Counted from the stretch's first letter, positions 1-9,847 are shown. The stretch is 64,000 bases of DNA from Planctomycetota bacterium (GCA_040755855.1 JBFMAD010000003.1:224001-288000), one strand, 5' to 3'. The notes: a model not told the origin generated them from the letters alone. Program-made: numbers and translations.

Positions 1-1
1 G

Positions 2-397
2 GCAAGTTTTTACAGTTGCGTTCTTGACCATATGACGCTGGTCGTGGGGCCACGTCACCTGGATAAAGCCGAGCGGGTTGTGCCAGATTGGTGGGGTATC
101 ACTGTAGCTCAGGCCAACTCCTGCGCCGGTCTTTCGCTCTCCGAAGTCAGAGTGCCGCAAGCGAATCCCACTGCCGATGCCCTTGCCATTGCCCGGCTGT
201 TATGGCGACAAGAGGCACTCACGCTTCTCGAAGAGAATGGCTTGGCCGATGGCGTCCGCTCCAAGTCAAGGGCGCACATCCATGCGCGGCTTGTCGAGTC
301 GTGCGATATTGACTTGATCCGGCAGTACGTACGCCAGCAGTTCAGGACGCGAACAGATTGGAAATCTGACGTGCGACAAACGTCAGATGATGGTTGA
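2..397 (+). CDS. sce7726-family protein (putative nuclease-like), 5' truncated by the window edge
   Basis: Frame is open from base 2 (ASFYSCVLDHMTLVVGPRHL...VPDWWGI...LLWRQEAL...KSR). The motifs resemble the sce7726 family, which usually neighbours beta-family genes. Confidence 0.65.
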   Translation, partial: ASFYSCVLDHMTLVVGPRHLDKAERVVPDWWGITVAQANSCAGLSLSEVRVPQANPTADALAIARLLWRQEALTLLEENGLADGVRSKSRAHIHARLVESCDIDLIRQYVRQQFRTRTDWKSDVRQTSDDG

Positions 398-1385
398 AGC
401 CGGCGCGAAGCCAACTCGCGGCGTTCCCTGGACTCGTTTGTGGATTCTGTTTCTCCGCAATGTAGCGGTCACCAGCGCTGAAGTCTGGGCCGGAGTATTC
501 CTCAGAGGCACAGAGAAGTACCGCGTTGCCGTGGTATTGATCGAAACCAGGACCATCCACATTGAAAACGCCCTCGCCTCGCATCACGATCCAGTGTTCA
601 TCCGTGGTATAGCGAATACTCGCGCTGTAGTTGCAGGGCCCTTCGCGGGGGGCGTAACGCGGGTTCTGGATCGTATAGTCGCCGAAGGTCGGGATGCGCG
701 GTAGCGAGGGCATGGTCAGAACTTGGTTCCGCCAGTTCAACCAGTCCGCTCGTGGTAGAATGTGTCGACGGTTTTTCTGGAGCCGCGATAGATCCGGAGG
801 AAACGCACCGCAAGTAACGGAGAGAGTCTGCCATGTGTGTAGTCCAGGAATCCCTGAGCAGATGTTCCGAAGGTCAGGGGCACCGGCCTCCACAAGCCTG
901 TAGTCCGCCACGAGGTGCGTATCCTGTTCTGAATGGCCAAGTCCATCAAGAAGTCGTGTTAGTGCAGACCGCAACTGGCTGCGCTGCGTGTCTTCACGCT
1001 GCAAGCGGATGCAGACACCCCGTCCACACATATCCGCAACAGTACGGACGGCAGACTGATACTCTGGCGTTCTATCAAGCCCTGTAACAGGTATAAGGCA
1101 CAAATTGCGGCGAAGCGCCTCCTCAGCGAGTCGGCGAATTCGTGTTGAGGCGTGGGTCGGTACGCGAGGGTCGTCAAGAAGCCCGTATTCTGCAAAGAAA
1201 GGCCCATGCCCCCAACTTCTTAATATCTGGTCTGCCATCTTTTCGCATGGCGAGCCAAAGCTCTGAGGCACAAACTCCAAGAGCGGGGGGATTCTCGCTC
1301 TTTCTGCGTTGGCGAGATCTCGTAGAGCCAACCATTCGGCTTGTTTCCATCGTAGTACGGGAACATAGTGTCTGTGGTCAAACAT
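342..1385 (-). CDS. Beta family protein (P4 beta / sce7725-like)
   Basis: 347 aa with YVPVLRWKQAEWLAL, GAFPPDLS, FGDYTIQNP, SIRYTT, FSAGDRYI and a C-terminal WLRAGFNHHL. Confidence 0.85.
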   Translation of the reverse strand: MFDHRHYVPVLRWKQAEWLALRDLANAERARIPPLLEFVPQSFGSPCEKMADQILRSWGHGPFFAEYGLLDDPRVPTHASTRIRRLAEEALRRNLCLIPVTGLDRTPEYQSAVRTVADMCGRGVCIRLQREDTQRSQLRSALTRLLDGLGHSEQDTHLVADYRLVEAGAPDLRNICSGIPGLHTWQTLSVTCGAFPPDLSRLQKNRRHILPRADWLNWRNQVLTMPSLPRIPTFGDYTIQNPRYAPREGPCNYSASIRYTTDEHWIVMRGEGVFNVDGPGFDQYHGNAVLLCASEEYSGPDFSAGDRYIAEKQNPQTSPGNAASWLRAGFNHHLTFVARQISNLFAS

Positions 1386-1410
1386 GACTTTCCCCAGAGA
1401 CTTGCCTAAC

Positions 1411-2604
1411 TTACTCTAAGAGTTTCCTTACCTTCCCGTGACCCACCAAGTGGGTCAGTATCCTGTACGAGCCAAAATGGTGGCGCATGCGACCGGCCAC
1501 GATAGCGACATGAATCCCGAGGCGATTTGCCAAGTATTCGGCTGCTTCTGGTGCCCGCAATCGCTTAGCAGGGCCCTTCTCCCATTCCTCTTCGGGAATC
1601 AACGCTTCGCCTGCGAGTGCGTCTGCCGCCGCTTCAAGGGGATCATCCGTCTCCTCCAATTCGAGATCATCGTAGAACCCCTGAGCCATATTTTCAAAGT
1701 GCAGAGCACTATGCGCCAACTCATGCATGAGTGAAAACCAGAAGTTGTCCAGACGATCATGCCTGAGTGTCAGTCCAACGATAGGTATTTTCTTTTCCGA
1801 CAGCACGGCAGCGCCATCCAGATACGTGCGGGGCAGGTGCCGTTCGGTAACTAACGAAATGCCATGCGCCTTAAGAAAATCCCGAGCAAGAAGCGGCCCT
1901 TCCTCTTTCGGGCTAAGTTGCGCAAGTTCCCGCATGAACTCCAGCGTTACGGTACCAGGAGCATACTGCACATGCGGCGGGTCCTTCTGCGCCAAAGCAA
2001 TGATACGCGCTGTCCAGGCAAGCAACGCGTATTGATCCATTGGGCGAGCCGAGCGAACATGTTCGCCGGTTCGGTATAAGGCAGCGAGACCGCCCTGTGG
2101 TGTGAGTGGGTCGAACAAAGCTTGCACTATCTCCCGTGCGTGCTCATGCAAATTCGCGTAATTCACCCTAACCCAGTTTCTGTTGACAATCGCACGAACA
2201 GGAAAGCGGTCCCACTCGATCGCTTCCGAGGAAAGATGCCCCTCTGGCTGCTCCTGCAACAACACCCTTGCTGGAATCCCCAAATGGGTATGAAGAGCGC
2301 GTATCATTGGGAGCGTTAGGGAACGCTTGCGTGAAAGCACCTCCGAAACTTTACTTCGGGTTCCGATATATGGCATCAAGTCGCGCTGCGTCAAGTTCTG
2401 CTGCTCCATGCGGAACTGAATGGCATCAACAGGATCGGGAAGAGCGTGTTCGCACTTGCTGTGCTCATAGTCCCGGACCAAAACGGTCAGGACCTCCAAC
2501 TCATCCGCTTCCGTTGTCCCGGGATCGGGGTCCAAGTCCATGAGTGCATCAATCGCAGCAAGGGCGGCTTCGTAGTCTGACTCGGTCTTGATTGCCTTAA
2601 TCAT
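1411..2604 (-). CDS. higA: HigA-type HTH antitoxin fused to ImmA/IrrE metallopeptidase domain
   Basis: MIKAIKTESDYEAAL..., XRE HTH (LTQRDL...SKVSEVLSRKRSLTLPMIRAL) and DNFWFSLMHELAH (HEXXH). Start set at ATG 2604, just after the higB stop. Confidence 0.9.
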   Translation of the reverse strand: MIKAIKTESDYEAALAAIDALMDLDPDPGTTEADELEVLTVLVRDYEHSKCEHALPDPVDAIQFRMEQQNLTQRDLMPYIGTRSKVSEVLSRKRSLTLPMIRALHTHLGIPARVLLQEQPEGHLSSEAIEWDRFPVRAIVNRNWVRVNYANLHEHAREIVQALFDPLTPQGGLAALYRTGEHVRSARPMDQYALLAWTARIIALAQKDPPHVQYAPGTVTLEFMRELAQLSPKEEGPLLARDFLKAHGISLVTERHLPRTYLDGAAVLSEKKIPIVGLTLRHDRLDNFWFSLMHELAHSALHFENMAQGFYDDLELEETDDPLEAAADALAGEALIPEEEWEKGPAKRLRAPEAAEYLANRLGIHVAIVAGRMRHHFGSYRILTHLVGHGKVRKLLE

Positions 2605-2608
2605 AGGT

Positions 2609-2902
2609 CTATTCTCCCTCGAGTTCCCATGAATCATATTCGGCATGGGTTCCAATTTGGAGAATACGCACAATCTGGTTCTTGTATGACACCCTAACCA
2701 ATAGTCTGTAATCGTTGCCCTTTATGTTGAACACCACCCGTCTATCACTGAGGAAACTGGCGCTGGCATGCTTGGCCTTGATGTCATGTGGCGTTCGCCA
2801 CGCAGCGTCTTCGGCTTCAGCTAACCACGCGTCGACCTGTGATCGAGCGTCAGCATGCTTCCGCTTGAATCTATCCAGCTCAAGTGTCCCCACTACTTTC
2901 AT
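2609..2902 (-). CDS. higB: HigB-family type II toxin
   Basis: 97 aa with RVVFNIKGNDYRLLV...IGTHAEYD; toxin-first gene order. Confidence 0.92.
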   Translation of the reverse strand: MKVVGTLELDRFKRKHADARSQVDAWLAEAEDAAWRTPHDIKAKHASASFLSDRRVVFNIKGNDYRLLVRVSYKNQIVRILQIGTHAEYDSWELEGE

Positions 2903-2957
2903 TCGATTTCCGCCAGTAGAGCGTGTATTCCCACACCGGGACGATCTCCTATAAATA

Positions 2958-3005
2958 ATGTTCCCCATCTGGGAACATAATATCACAAGTCTGGCATCTT
3001 GGCAA
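2958..3005 (-). promoter_or_regulatory. higBA promoter with palindromic operator
   Basis: Minus strand TTGCCA(3005-3000)-17 bp-TATTAT(2982-2977); palindrome ATGTTCCC-N5-GGGAACAT at 2958-2978. Confidence 0.7.
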
Positions 3006-3046
3006 GTAAAAAATTCAGAAAAAAAGAGAAAAATGCCCGGTTCTCA

Positions 3047-4195
3047 TCAGTTCACGAAAAGACACGTCTTCAGCCGCTCTTCCGGCGCGCCGAGGGGAGG
3101 GAGGCGGCGGAGGATGCGGGAGCGGAGGTCGGAGGCCGTGGCCTGACGGGGGAGGTCGAGCCGACTCTGAAGCTCGAGGACGGAGAGGTCCGGCTCGAAC
3201 ATCAGAACCACCGCCGCCGCGAACCAGAGCGTGAGGGGGAGCCGCGACCGCGCCATGACCGTGCCCCAGAGGACGGTCATCTGCCCGCCGCACCGTCCGC
3301 ACCGCCACAGGCGGCGGTCGTCCTCCCACCGCATGGGCTTCTTCCGGCAGCGGGGACAGGCGGGGCCGTCGCCGCGCTCGCGGTGGGCGAGGATGTGCTC
3401 GATGCAGTCCTCCTCGCGGCTGAAGCGCTGGAGGAGTGCGTCGCGGGTTCGAGCATCCACGGCGGGCAGGGCCGTGGCGGGCAGGATGGGGGGACCGATG
3501 CGGGCCTGTGCGTCGCGGTAGGCGCGCAGCTCCATGAGGCGGCGCTGGACATCGAGGAAGCCGCGCTCGTGGGTGCGGCGGTAGCGAGTAATGAGGGCCA
3601 GACGGTCGTCGCCGGCGGCCCGGGCGTGGAGGAAGTCGGGGGTGATGGCCTTTTCCGAAATGAACGCGTCGCAGCGGATGCGGACGCCGATGATGTGGCG
3701 GAAGTGTCCGATCTCGGCCTGTGCGCAGAGGTGGAGGAAGCAGGCGTGGCGCCAGAGGTCGCGGACGAGCAGGTCTTCCGTCGGTCCGGTGGGCTGGTAT
3801 TCGGCGCGGAGCTGATCGAGGAGGGCGTTCAGGGCGACGTATCCGCGGCGATCGACGGCGAGGACCTCGGTGGTGAGGCCGTGGGTGCGGGCGTTCTTTG
3901 ACGGCGGGGTGGGTGTGCTCCTTTGGACGAGCTGGTGGTAGTGGTCCATGCACAAGGCGGCCATCTCGCGATCATGGTCCTTCGCCCTCTTTTTTCTGCA
4001 TCGTTCCATTTCTTCGGCCTCGCCGGGCCGTGGTTCCGGCATCGGGTTGTCGCGGCGTGAGTTGACCCGGTAGCTCGCCTTTGTGCGGACGAGGCGGCGG
4101 TAGTATTCATGGGCCTCTGCGGTCTTTCGCTCTTTTTCGGCCTGCATGGAGCGGGCGACGATGGGGTTGCCTTCGTGGCGTGAATGCCTGTTCAT
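3047..4195 (-). CDS. Hypothetical protein with C-terminal IS1595-type zinc ribbon/HTH, no DDE domain
   Basis: C-terminus FSREEDC...CPRC...WRCGRCGGQMTVLWGTVMARSRLPLTLWF...TASDLRSRI matches the N-terminus of IS1595 transposases. Upstream domain contains SKNARTHGL...AEYQPTGPTEDLLV. Confidence 0.7.
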   Translation of the reverse strand: MNRHSRHEGNPIVARSMQAEKERKTAEAHEYYRRLVRTKASYRVNSRRDNPMPEPRPGEAEEMERCRKKRAKDHDREMAALCMDHYHQLVQRSTPTPPSKNARTHGLTTEVLAVDRRGYVALNALLDQLRAEYQPTGPTEDLLVRDLWRHACFLHLCAQAEIGHFRHIIGVRIRCDAFISEKAITPDFLHARAAGDDRLALITRYRRTHERGFLDVQRRLMELRAYRDAQARIGPPILPATALPAVDARTRDALLQRFSREEDCIEHILAHRERGDGPACPRCRKKPMRWEDDRRLWRCGRCGGQMTVLWGTVMARSRLPLTLWFAAAVVLMFEPDLSVLELQSRLDLPRQATASDLRSRILRRLPPLGAPEERLKTCLFVN

Positions 4196-4262
4196 TGGTT
4201 CTCCTTCCCGCGGGGCTACGGGGCTGTGGATGGCGTAGAATCAGTTAGTACACTTATAGCTA

Positions 4263-4291
4263 ATTATACCATACGCGGGGTATGTTGTCAA
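4263..4291 (-). promoter_or_regulatory. Perfect-consensus sigma-70 promoter for the 3047-4195 gene
   Basis: TTGACA(4291-4286)-17 bp-TATAAT(4268-4263) with an extended -10 TG. Confidence 0.85.
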
Positions 4292-4325
4292 GTGTTTTTG
4301 CGATTTTGCGGTTGGGGGAAGGCGA

Positions 4326-4365
4326 GGGAGTGTGGGCGTATGGGCGTATGGGAGTGTGGGAGTGG
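4326..4365. repeat. Five tandem 8-mers GGG(A/C)GT(G/A)T
   Basis: gggagtgt gggcgtat gggcgtat gggagtgt gggagtgg in intergenic DNA. Confidence 0.75.
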
Positions 4366-4375
4366 GAAATTGGGG

Positions 4376-5458
4376 TTAGTAGGTTCCGAGCCGCAAGCCC
4401 TCGTCAACGAAAAATCGGTAGGTCGCGTATTCCGTCGTGGTGGGGATGGAGTGGTCGGAGTGGAGGATGTAGCCGTAGTTTTCTTTCACGATAGGAATTT
4501 TTTCGTTCAGCTCGCGGCGGATGGCGGCGATGTCGTTGGCGACGAGGTTGCGCGCGTCCATGCCGCCGCAGAGGGAGATGCGGTCGCCGAAATTCTTTTT
4601 GATGCGCAGGGGGTCCATGCCGGCCTTGACCTCGATGACCTGGAGGCAGTCCATCCCCGCCTCGATGAGGCCGGGGACGAGCGGCTCGACGAAGCCGCAT
4701 GAATGGACCAGGACCTGCAGGCCGAGGGAGTGGCAGTAGTCGAAGGTCTTCCTGTGTCCCGGCTGGACGATCTCCTTGTACATCGCGGGCGACATGAAGG
4801 GGCGGTTCTTGAACCCCATGTCCTCGTAGAACCAGATGCCGTCGGGCTTGCCCTCCTCGGCGAAGACGATTTCCATGAGCGCGATGAGCAGGTCGGCATA
4901 GGTATTGACCATGTCCCTCACCCAGTCGGGATCGAGGGCCATGCCCATGAGCATATACTCGTGTCCGCAGACGGGGTGCATCAACTCGAAGACGTTCACG
5001 CCGCCCCAGAAGAAGAACCGGTTCTTGTTGTGCGCGTTGGTCTTGGCGTTGCGGTAGTCCTCGAATTTGATGCGGCGGCGTTCGGGGGTGAGTTTGGGCT
5101 TGATGAGCGCTTCCCACGCCTTGCGCTCCTTGACGGCGAAGTCCACGTGCTCGGGCGTGGCGTCGTGGAGTTTGTGTCGGCGGAGGAGTGCGCCGTTGCC
5201 GTCGCGGGTGAGGCGGGTCTCGGCGGTTTCCTCGACGACGACGGGGACGAAGTCCAGGTCGGCGACCATCTGGAACGGCCAGCATGTGGCGCAGTCGAAG
5301 CCGAAGTGCGTGGCGAGGTCCTCGTTCTGGGCGACGTGCCCCTGCTCGCGCCATTTCTTGACGGTATCGCCCCAGAAGTGCTCGAAGAGGCCGATGCGGT
5401 CCACGGGTTTGCGTTTGAGTATGTTGGCGATCCGTTCGATGCCGGTGAGTTCGGACAT
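4376..5458 (-). CDS. Uroporphyrinogen decarboxylase / MtaA-CmuA superfamily protein
   Basis: ERIANILKRKPVDRI, WFYEDMG...FMSPAMYKEIV, HSCG and ILHSDHSIP. Confidence 0.85.
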   Translation of the reverse strand: MSELTGIERIANILKRKPVDRIGLFEHFWGDTVKKWREQGHVAQNEDLATHFGFDCATCWPFQMVADLDFVPVVVEETAETRLTRDGNGALLRRHKLHDATPEHVDFAVKERKAWEALIKPKLTPERRRIKFEDYRNAKTNAHNKNRFFFWGGVNVFELMHPVCGHEYMLMGMALDPDWVRDMVNTYADLLIALMEIVFAEEGKPDGIWFYEDMGFKNRPFMSPAMYKEIVQPGHRKTFDYCHSLGLQVLVHSCGFVEPLVPGLIEAGMDCLQVIEVKAGMDPLRIKKNFGDRISLCGGMDARNLVANDIAAIRRELNEKIPIVKENYGYILHSDHSIPTTTEYATYRFFVDEGLRLGTY

Positions 5459-5637
5459 TGTTGGCGACTCCACGTATTGGTTTTCGATTCCGGTACGGGG
5501 TCAGACTATACCGGATTTGGATGGAAAAGTCCACAGGTCTGTTGGAAATCTGAATTGCAGTTGACATTCCCACGTTCCGTCAACTACACTGACATTCATG
5601 TCATTCCTTAAGGCGCAGTCGTTAAGGGGAAGAGAAG

Positions 5638-8199
5638 ATGAAGGAGCATCCCGGACCGGCAGGACAAGTGCGTCCCTGTGAGCAGTCGCCCCGGCTCTTT
5701 GAATTGGCGATCGAAAGCCTGTGCGACGCGGTATTCATCATTGACGCCGACAGCGCGACGATATGCCACTGCAACCCCGCCGCGGCGGAGCTATTTGGCT
5801 ACACATCTCAGGAAATGGTCGGACGGACCATGGACTTCCTCTACCCCGATCCGGAGACGGCGGCAAGGTTCCATAAGCGCCTCCATTCGGCGGCGGGAAA
5901 GACGGAGGCCCTCCTGCTGCGGGGCTGGCGGATGAAGCGCAAGGACGGCGCAACCTTCCCCACAAAGCACACCCTGACCCCGATTGACGACGAGTCGGGC
6001 CGCCGCATCGCCTGGGCCAGCGTGGTGTGCGACAGAACCGAGCACAAGAGGAAGGCGGCGGCGATCGGGAGCCGGGATGCCCTGATGGGCGCGCTGCTGG
6101 AGAACCTGCCGTTGGACTTCTGGGCGCGCGATGCGGAGATGCGCTGCATCATGCAGAGCCGGATATCAAAGCAAAGATGGGGCGACCTGCACGGCAAATC
6201 CTTCGAGGAACAGGGGCAGGACCGGCGGACCCTCGCCGTGTGGCGGGAGAACAACAGACGGGCGCTCGCGGGCGAAACGATCCGCGGCGATGTGGATGTG
6301 GTGGACATACAGGGCAATGCCTATCACTGCCACAACATCCTGGCGCCGATCACTGTCGAGGGCCGGATCACAGGGATTCTCGGCGTCAATGTGGACATGG
6401 CCGAGCGGAAGCGCATGGAGGACGCGCTGCGGGCGGGCGAGGAGAAGTACCGCGGCGTTTTCGAGATGGCCCCTGACGGCATCCTGATCGTCAATCGCCG
6501 TGGAGTGATCCTCTCGTGCAACCATGCAACGAGCAGGATAACAGGCTACCCTGAGAACGAACTCGTGGGCAAGCACTTCTCAAAGATAGGAACTCTGAGG
6601 ATAAAAGACATCCCGAAGTATATGAAACTCTTTGTTCAGGTGATCGGGGGACACATTCCCGAGCCTTTTGTAGCTGACGCCGTGCGCAAGAACGGCAGCC
6701 CTCACTCCGTCGAGGTGCGCGTCAACCTCCTCGGCAACGGCATGATCCTGGCAATGATAACCGACATCACCGAGCGGAAACGCATGGAGGACGCCCTCCG
6801 GGCGAGCGAGGAGAAGTACCGTACCGTCTTCGCTGCCAGCCCCGACTTCATTTATCTGACCGACACGAACGGCAATATCATTGACGCGAATCCGGCGCTT
6901 CTCAAAGGCGTTGGGATGTCGCTGGAGGAGATAAGGCGGACTAACGTTCGAGACTTTTATGCCGGCGAGAACATCGAAGAATTGAACGAGGTTATTCGCC
7001 GGGCGCGGAAGGGAGAGGAGATCCGAGGATATGAGGTCGTGGCCAACGCCCCTGGAAGCAAGAAGCGCGTGTATCAGGTCAACGTGGTTCCGTTGACGTT
7101 GGCGGACGGAGAGGCCGCGATCTTGAGCGTAGCTCGGGACATCACGGAGCGAAAACGGGCCGAGGAGGAGCTGCAGAAGTTCAAGACCATCTTCGACAAT
7201 GCAAACTACGGCATGGCGATGGCCGAGATGGACGGCACACTGATCTACGTCAACGAATACTTCGCCCAGGTCCACGGATACCGACCGGAGGAACTCGTCG
7301 GCAAGAACCTGAGCGTATTCCATACCCGTGAGCAGATGAAACAAGTCACAGCCATCAACGAAGGAGCCAAGAAAGCCGGAGGCTTCGGCGCTCTGGAGGT
7401 ATGGCACAAGCACAGAGACGGATCGGTCTTCCCCATGCTCATGAATGTCATCGTCATCCGAGACAACGCAGGAAAGCCGTCGTTCCTGGCCGCCACAGCC
7501 ACCGACATCACGGAGCGCGAGGCCGCCCGCAAAGAGGCGAGGGATCTCTCGCAAAAGATCATCACCCTCCAGGAGGACCTGCTCTCCGACATCTCGCGCG
7601 ATCTCCACGACGAGATCGGCCAACTCCTCACGGCCATTGACTTCGAGGTCGAGACCGCGCGGCGGGCCGTCAAGGCCGGCAAGGGCCTGCCGCCGGACGG
7701 GTTGGACCGCATCAAGGAAGTCACCCGTTCGGCCGTGGGCGCTGTGCGCGGCCTCTGCGCGAGCCTCCGTTCGCCTGTCATCAAGGACCTCGGCTTGCTC
7801 CGCGTCATGGAGGCCCATGTTAACGACTTCCGGGCGCGCACGGGGATTGACGTGGAATTCACCTGTTCGCTCAAGAGAAGCGGCGTCAGTCCCGATGCCG
7901 CCCTTGGCTTGTTCCGAATCATGCAGGAGGCCCTGACTAACGTGGCGCGCCACGCCGAGGCCCGTCAGGTCTCAGTATCCCTTTGCCGGGATAACGGACG
8001 CACCGTGCTGGAGATTTCGGATGACGGCCGCGGGTTCGATGTTGACAGCCCGCCGCCCCATCGGAACATCGGCCTGCGCGGCATGCGCGAGAGGGCGCGA
8101 ACCTTCGGCGGGGAATTTGCCATCGAATCTAAACCAGGGAGCGGCACGCGGATACGGGTCTCTCCGCCGCCGCTATCGGGAGAGGAGGCGCCCCTATGA
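5638..8199 (+). CDS. Multi-PAS histidine kinase (HisKA_3, NarX/UhpB type)
   Basis: Several PAS/PAC repeats (DITERKR), ISRDLHDEIGQLL, QEALTNVARHA, SDDGRGF and GLRGMRER. No obvious transmembrane segment. Confidence 0.92.
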   Translation: MKEHPGPAGQVRPCEQSPRLFELAIESLCDAVFIIDADSATICHCNPAAAELFGYTSQEMVGRTMDFLYPDPETAARFHKRLHSAAGKTEALLLRGWRMKRKDGATFPTKHTLTPIDDESGRRIAWASVVCDRTEHKRKAAAIGSRDALMGALLENLPLDFWARDAEMRCIMQSRISKQRWGDLHGKSFEEQGQDRRTLAVWRENNRRALAGETIRGDVDVVDIQGNAYHCHNILAPITVEGRITGILGVNVDMAERKRMEDALRAGEEKYRGVFEMAPDGILIVNRRGVILSCNHATSRITGYPENELVGKHFSKIGTLRIKDIPKYMKLFVQVIGGHIPEPFVADAVRKNGSPHSVEVRVNLLGNGMILAMITDITERKRMEDALRASEEKYRTVFAASPDFIYLTDTNGNIIDANPALLKGVGMSLEEIRRTNVRDFYAGENIEELNEVIRRARKGEEIRGYEVVANAPGSKKRVYQVNVVPLTLADGEAAILSVARDITERKRAEEELQKFKTIFDNANYGMAMAEMDGTLIYVNEYFAQVHGYRPEELVGKNLSVFHTREQMKQVTAINEGAKKAGGFGALEVWHKHRDGSVFPMLMNVIVIRDNAGKPSFLAATATDITEREAARKEARDLSQKIITLQEDLLSDISRDLHDEIGQLLTAIDFEVETARRAVKAGKGLPPDGLDRIKEVTRSAVGAVRGLCASLRSPVIKDLGLLRVMEAHVNDFRARTGIDVEFTCSLKRSGVSPDAALGLFRIMQEALTNVARHAEARQVSVSLCRDNGRTVLEISDDGRGFDVDSPPPHRNIGLRGMRERARTFGGEFAIESKPGSGTRIRVSPPPLSGEEAPL

Positions 8200-8828
8200 T
8201 CCGGGTCTTGATTGCAGACGATCATCCCATTGTGCTGGCAGGCATGCGGCGGATGCTGGAGCCGGAGGACGACATCTCCGTCGTCGCCACGGCCTCAGAC
8301 GGCGAGGAGGCGCTCCGGCTCTGCAGAGAGGTGAAGCCGGACGTCGCCGTTCTCGATCTGGCGATGCCTCGCCTCGACGGGGAGGAGGTCACGCGGCGGT
8401 TCGCCACGTGCTGCCCAACGATCCGCGTCATCATCCTGACCATGCACGACAGCGAGAACCACGCCATCCGCCTCCTGGAGGCAGGCGCCGCAGGGTTCAT
8501 CCCGAAAGGGGCCTCCGCCGAGGAACTGCCGGACGCCATTCGCAAAGTTCATGCGGGGGGAAGGCACATCAGCCCGTCCATCCTCGAGAAGATCGGGCAG
8601 AACATCGGCAAGTCGGCCGACAGCGATCCGGTGAGCAGACTTTCGGATCGGGAGAAGGAGGTGATCAAACGCATGGCCGCGGGAAAAAAGACCGCCGAGA
8701 TCGCCGGCGAACTCCACCTCAGCATCAGCACCGTCCACACCTATCGCTACCGGATGATGAGCAAGTTGAATTTACACTCCAACGCCGCTCTGATCCGATT
8801 CGCATTCGAGAACGGCCTGGTCAGGTGA
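8196..8828 (+). CDS. NarL/LuxR-family response regulator
   Basis: IADDHPIV, LDLAMP and LSDREKEV HTH; ATGA overlap with the kinase. Confidence 0.95.
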   Translation: MIRVLIADDHPIVLAGMRRMLEPEDDISVVATASDGEEALRLCREVKPDVAVLDLAMPRLDGEEVTRRFATCCPTIRVIILTMHDSENHAIRLLEAGAAGFIPKGASAEELPDAIRKVHAGGRHISPSILEKIGQNIGKSADSDPVSRLSDREKEVIKRMAAGKKTAEIAGELHLSISTVHTYRYRMMSKLNLHSNAALIRFAFENGLVR

Positions 8829-8857
8829 CGGGGGCATGTCATTCGGACTGCGGCAGA

Positions 8858-8893
8858 TTCCGACCTCCCGGAGGTCGGAACCTCCGGGAGGTT
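8858..8893. repeat. REP-like double palindrome, copy 1
   Basis: TTCCGACCTCC-C-GGAGGTCGGAA overlapping AACCTCC-G-GGAGGTT, between convergent genes. 8861-8892 is the exact reverse complement of 50916-50947. Confidence 0.8.
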
Positions 8894-8897
8894 TCAC

Positions 8898-9425
8898 TTA
8901 CCGCCGCGCCAGAACCGATCTCGCGCCGGCTGGATACGCCCGATCTTCCTCCCCCTGCCGGGCAACGGTGTCGGCCGCCGTTTCGATGTAGCGATACTTG
9001 CCCCCCATCTCATATCCCCAGCAGGGGCGGTAATCGCTCAGACCGGACGCGGCGGCGATCGTGTAGGTCGTAGGGTCGAGGATGTGCCCCCGCCACTCCA
9101 CCCAGGCATGCCAGGCCTCCCCCATAAAGCCGAAGACGATGCGCCCGTTCCTCACCCCGCCCTTCAGCATCTTGTAGTAGAGGAACGTGGCCAGCGCTGT
9201 GCAATCGCCCTTCCCTGTCGCAGCCGTCTCGGCGGGCGACTGCCACAGCCGTTCGGCGCCAGGTCGCCGGTGGTATTCCAGTCGCGCTGCGTCATCCATT
9301 GACTTTCGGATGACCTCCCACTCCCTGTCATAGGGCGTCCTCTCCACAGGAACGACGGTGTAATGGTCCACACACCCGGCGACCAGCAAGACACAGATCA
9401 TGCTGGGTACGACTCTGCTGCGCAT
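8898..9425 (-). CDS. Lipoprotein with transglutaminase-like cysteine protease domain
   Basis: Lipobox LVAGC; GKGDCTALA, WHAWVEW and ILDPT (Cys-His-Asp triad). Confidence 0.75.
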   Translation of the reverse strand: MRSRVVPSMICVLLVAGCVDHYTVVPVERTPYDREWEVIRKSMDDAARLEYHRRPGAERLWQSPAETAATGKGDCTALATFLYYKMLKGGVRNGRIVFGFMGEAWHAWVEWRGHILDPTTYTIAAASGLSDYRPCWGYEMGGKYRYIETAADTVARQGEEDRAYPAGARSVLARR

Positions 9426-9693
9426 GGCAGCACCCCCTTTCGGCGCCCACGGCCGAGTACGTCTTACGACTTACGTCTGAGGCATTTCGCGGCGCGCCTC
9501 GTACGCCCGGTCACGCCCCGCCTCCACTAAAAGTATACCCCATAACTCGATGTGCAGCAAGGTGCACAAGGAATTTTTATGACAGCAAATTCGGCCTCCA
9601 CAGGCCGATTGCACCGCGTGCACAAAAAGCGAGCAGGCGGCGCCAGGATCATACGCGATCTTCCCCTCATGCAAAATCCCTTCCCGCGTAACC

Positions 9694-9847
9694 GGTAACC
9701 CCTCAGTAACGGGGGGACGAACGTAGGGGCGGACCCATGTGTCCGCCCCTCATGGCGTAGAACCTGCGTCGAAGGAGCCGGCACATGGGCCGGCCCCTAC
9801 AATCCCTTTCGACGGCATCGGGAACCCCCCGTCACTGAGGGGTTACC
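9694..9847. mobile_element. MITE-like element enclosing a GTAG-type REP doublet
   Basis: 23-bp TIRs GGTAACCCCTCAGTRACGGGGGG (22/23 match) at 9694-9716 and 9825-9847, flanked by GTAACC direct repeats (9688-9693, 9848-9853). Inner inverted REPs at 9723-9750 and 9774-9800. Confidence 0.8.

Noticed and set aside
3047..4195. Active IS1595 element
   Set aside because: There is no DDE domain and no evident TIRs or target duplication.
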